A DNA stretch of 64,000 bases from Chthoniobacterales bacterium (GTDB lineage Bacteria > Verrucomicrobiota > Verrucomicrobiia > Chthoniobacterales > JAFAMB01). The translations under genes were made by a program, and so were the position numbers. The notes below the pieces were generated by a model that had not been told where the DNA came from, searched no databases, and saw only the letters and a program-made list of their open reading frames with translations. Location: contig DATNNZ010000051.1 of NCBI GenBank assembly GCA_035601575.1, positions 2,148 through 66,147 on the forward strand, in the 5' to 3' direction. Positions 63,254-64,000 of this stretch are shown here, piece by piece. The first letter of the stretch is position 1; each line of letters begins with the position of its first letter.

Positions 63254-64000
63254 ATGGGTAGAGAAAATATATTTGTGGGTTTGGAAGTAGGAACATCGAA
63301 GATCTGTGTTGCAGTGGCAGAAGCGCATCACGACGGAACGCTCAAGGTCTTGGGGGTCGGTAATGCGCCATCTCGGGGAGTACGAAAAGGAGAGATCGTT
63401 GATTTCGAGACCGCGAAACGCTGCGTTCACGACGCCATCGTCGACGCTGAAGAGAAAAGCGATGTCGAAATCAGCGAAGTTTATCTCGGAATCACCGGTG
63501 GTCACATTAGGAGTTTCAACAATCGCGGAGTGGTGCTGCTGGAAGAGGGTCGCGAAGAAATTGACGAGCATGATCTCGAGGATGTGCGGACCAACGCACG
63601 CGAGGTGAGCCTCCCGGTTGAGGATTGTATCCTTCATACTATCATTCAGCACTACTATGTGGATGGCCAGGATGGAGTCCTGAACCCAGTTGGGCTTTTT
63701 GGGAAGAAACTGGAAGCGGACTTTCACGTTGTCTATGGTATTCGGACCCGAATTCAAAACGCGATTCGTTGTGTGAAAGAGCTTGAGCTGGATACCGCGG
63801 ATGTGGTTATTAACTCCTTCGCCACGGCGCAAGCGGTTCTAGACAAACAGCAAAAGCAGCTCGGCGCCTTGGTCATCGATATCGGTGGAGGTACCACCGA
63901 TTTCTTAGTGTACGTGGACGGCGCAGTGAAACAGAGCGGCATCTTGGCGGTGGGCGGTGACCATATCACTAACGATATGTGTATTGGGTTAAAGATACCG
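63254..64000 (+). CDS. ftsA: cell division protein FtsA (3' end runs off the window)
   Basis: My translation from the ATG at 63254 gives MGRENIFVGLEVGTSKICVAVAE..GVRKGEIVD..LVIDIGGGTTDF..GGDHITNDM, open to the window end. Confidence 0.9.
   Translation, partial: MGRENIFVGLEVGTSKICVAVAEAHHDGTLKVLGVGNAPSRGVRKGEIVDFETAKRCVHDAIVDAEEKSDVEISEVYLGITGGHIRSFNNRGVVLLEEGREEIDEHDLEDVRTNAREVSLPVEDCILHTIIQHYYVDGQDGVLNPVGLFGKKLEADFHVVYGIRTRIQNAIRCVKELELDTADVVINSFATAQAVLDKQQKQLGALVIDIGGGTTDFLVYVDGAVKQSGILAVGGDHITNDMCIGLKIP

Overview
This 64-kb window is from a roughly 50-55% GC bacterial chromosome. The gene content suggests Verrucomicrobiota or another PVC-group organism, based on a MurC-MurB fusion and the dcw cluster layout. 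That attribution is an inference, not a search result.

Most of the window is densely packed housekeeping DNA:
- 1-4.8 kb (minus strand): cdsA-dxr-rseP-ispG.
- 4.9-12.8 kb (minus strand): a string of envelope and metabolism genes (dynamin-like GTPase, NodB deacetylase, mtnP, TlpA-like redoxin, EamA transporter, PA0069-type radical SAM, DUF1460-like).
- 13.2-23.9 kb (plus strand): yqeY, ispD, M16 peptidase, tig-clpP-clpX, ctpA, tsaD, a 5'-3' exonuclease and a TPR protein.
- 33.4-47 kb: mixed genes (folC-accD-comF-CPBP, bioA, hpt-moaD, yajQ, GT9, nuoA).
- 47.6-64 kb: a near-complete dcw cluster, mraZ-rsmH-ftsL-ftsI-murE-murF-mraY-murD-(LysM)-ftsW-murG-murC/B-ftsQ-ftsA.

The one clearly accessory segment is about 23.95-33.3 kb. 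It contains:
- a TraD/TraG/VirD4-like coupling ATPase with an extra N-terminal domain;
- a truncated second copy of that gene's 5' end;
- a TonB-dependent receptor plus a YncE-like beta-propeller;
- a Rep_3-like replication initiator flanked by two divergent paralogues of an unrecognised small-protein family;
- three copies of a conserved non-coding element, with a 73-nt core identical in two copies and TCGCCCT iteron-like motifs.

No integrase, relaxase, tRNA, rRNA or CRISPR array was seen anywhere in the window.

Other points worth a second look:
- an orphan ParA-like ATPase translationally coupled to an unrecognisable helical partner;
- a dispersed family of inverted TAGCCRA heptamer arrays at three intergenic loci, one nested in a 44-bp perfect inverted repeat;
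- GTGGG boxes at 10-bp spacing in front of mraZ;
- a bitopic LysM protein inside the dcw cluster;
- a truncated FAD-oxidoreductase gene.

All protein calls come from motif and family recognition by eye on the supplied translations. No database search was run.
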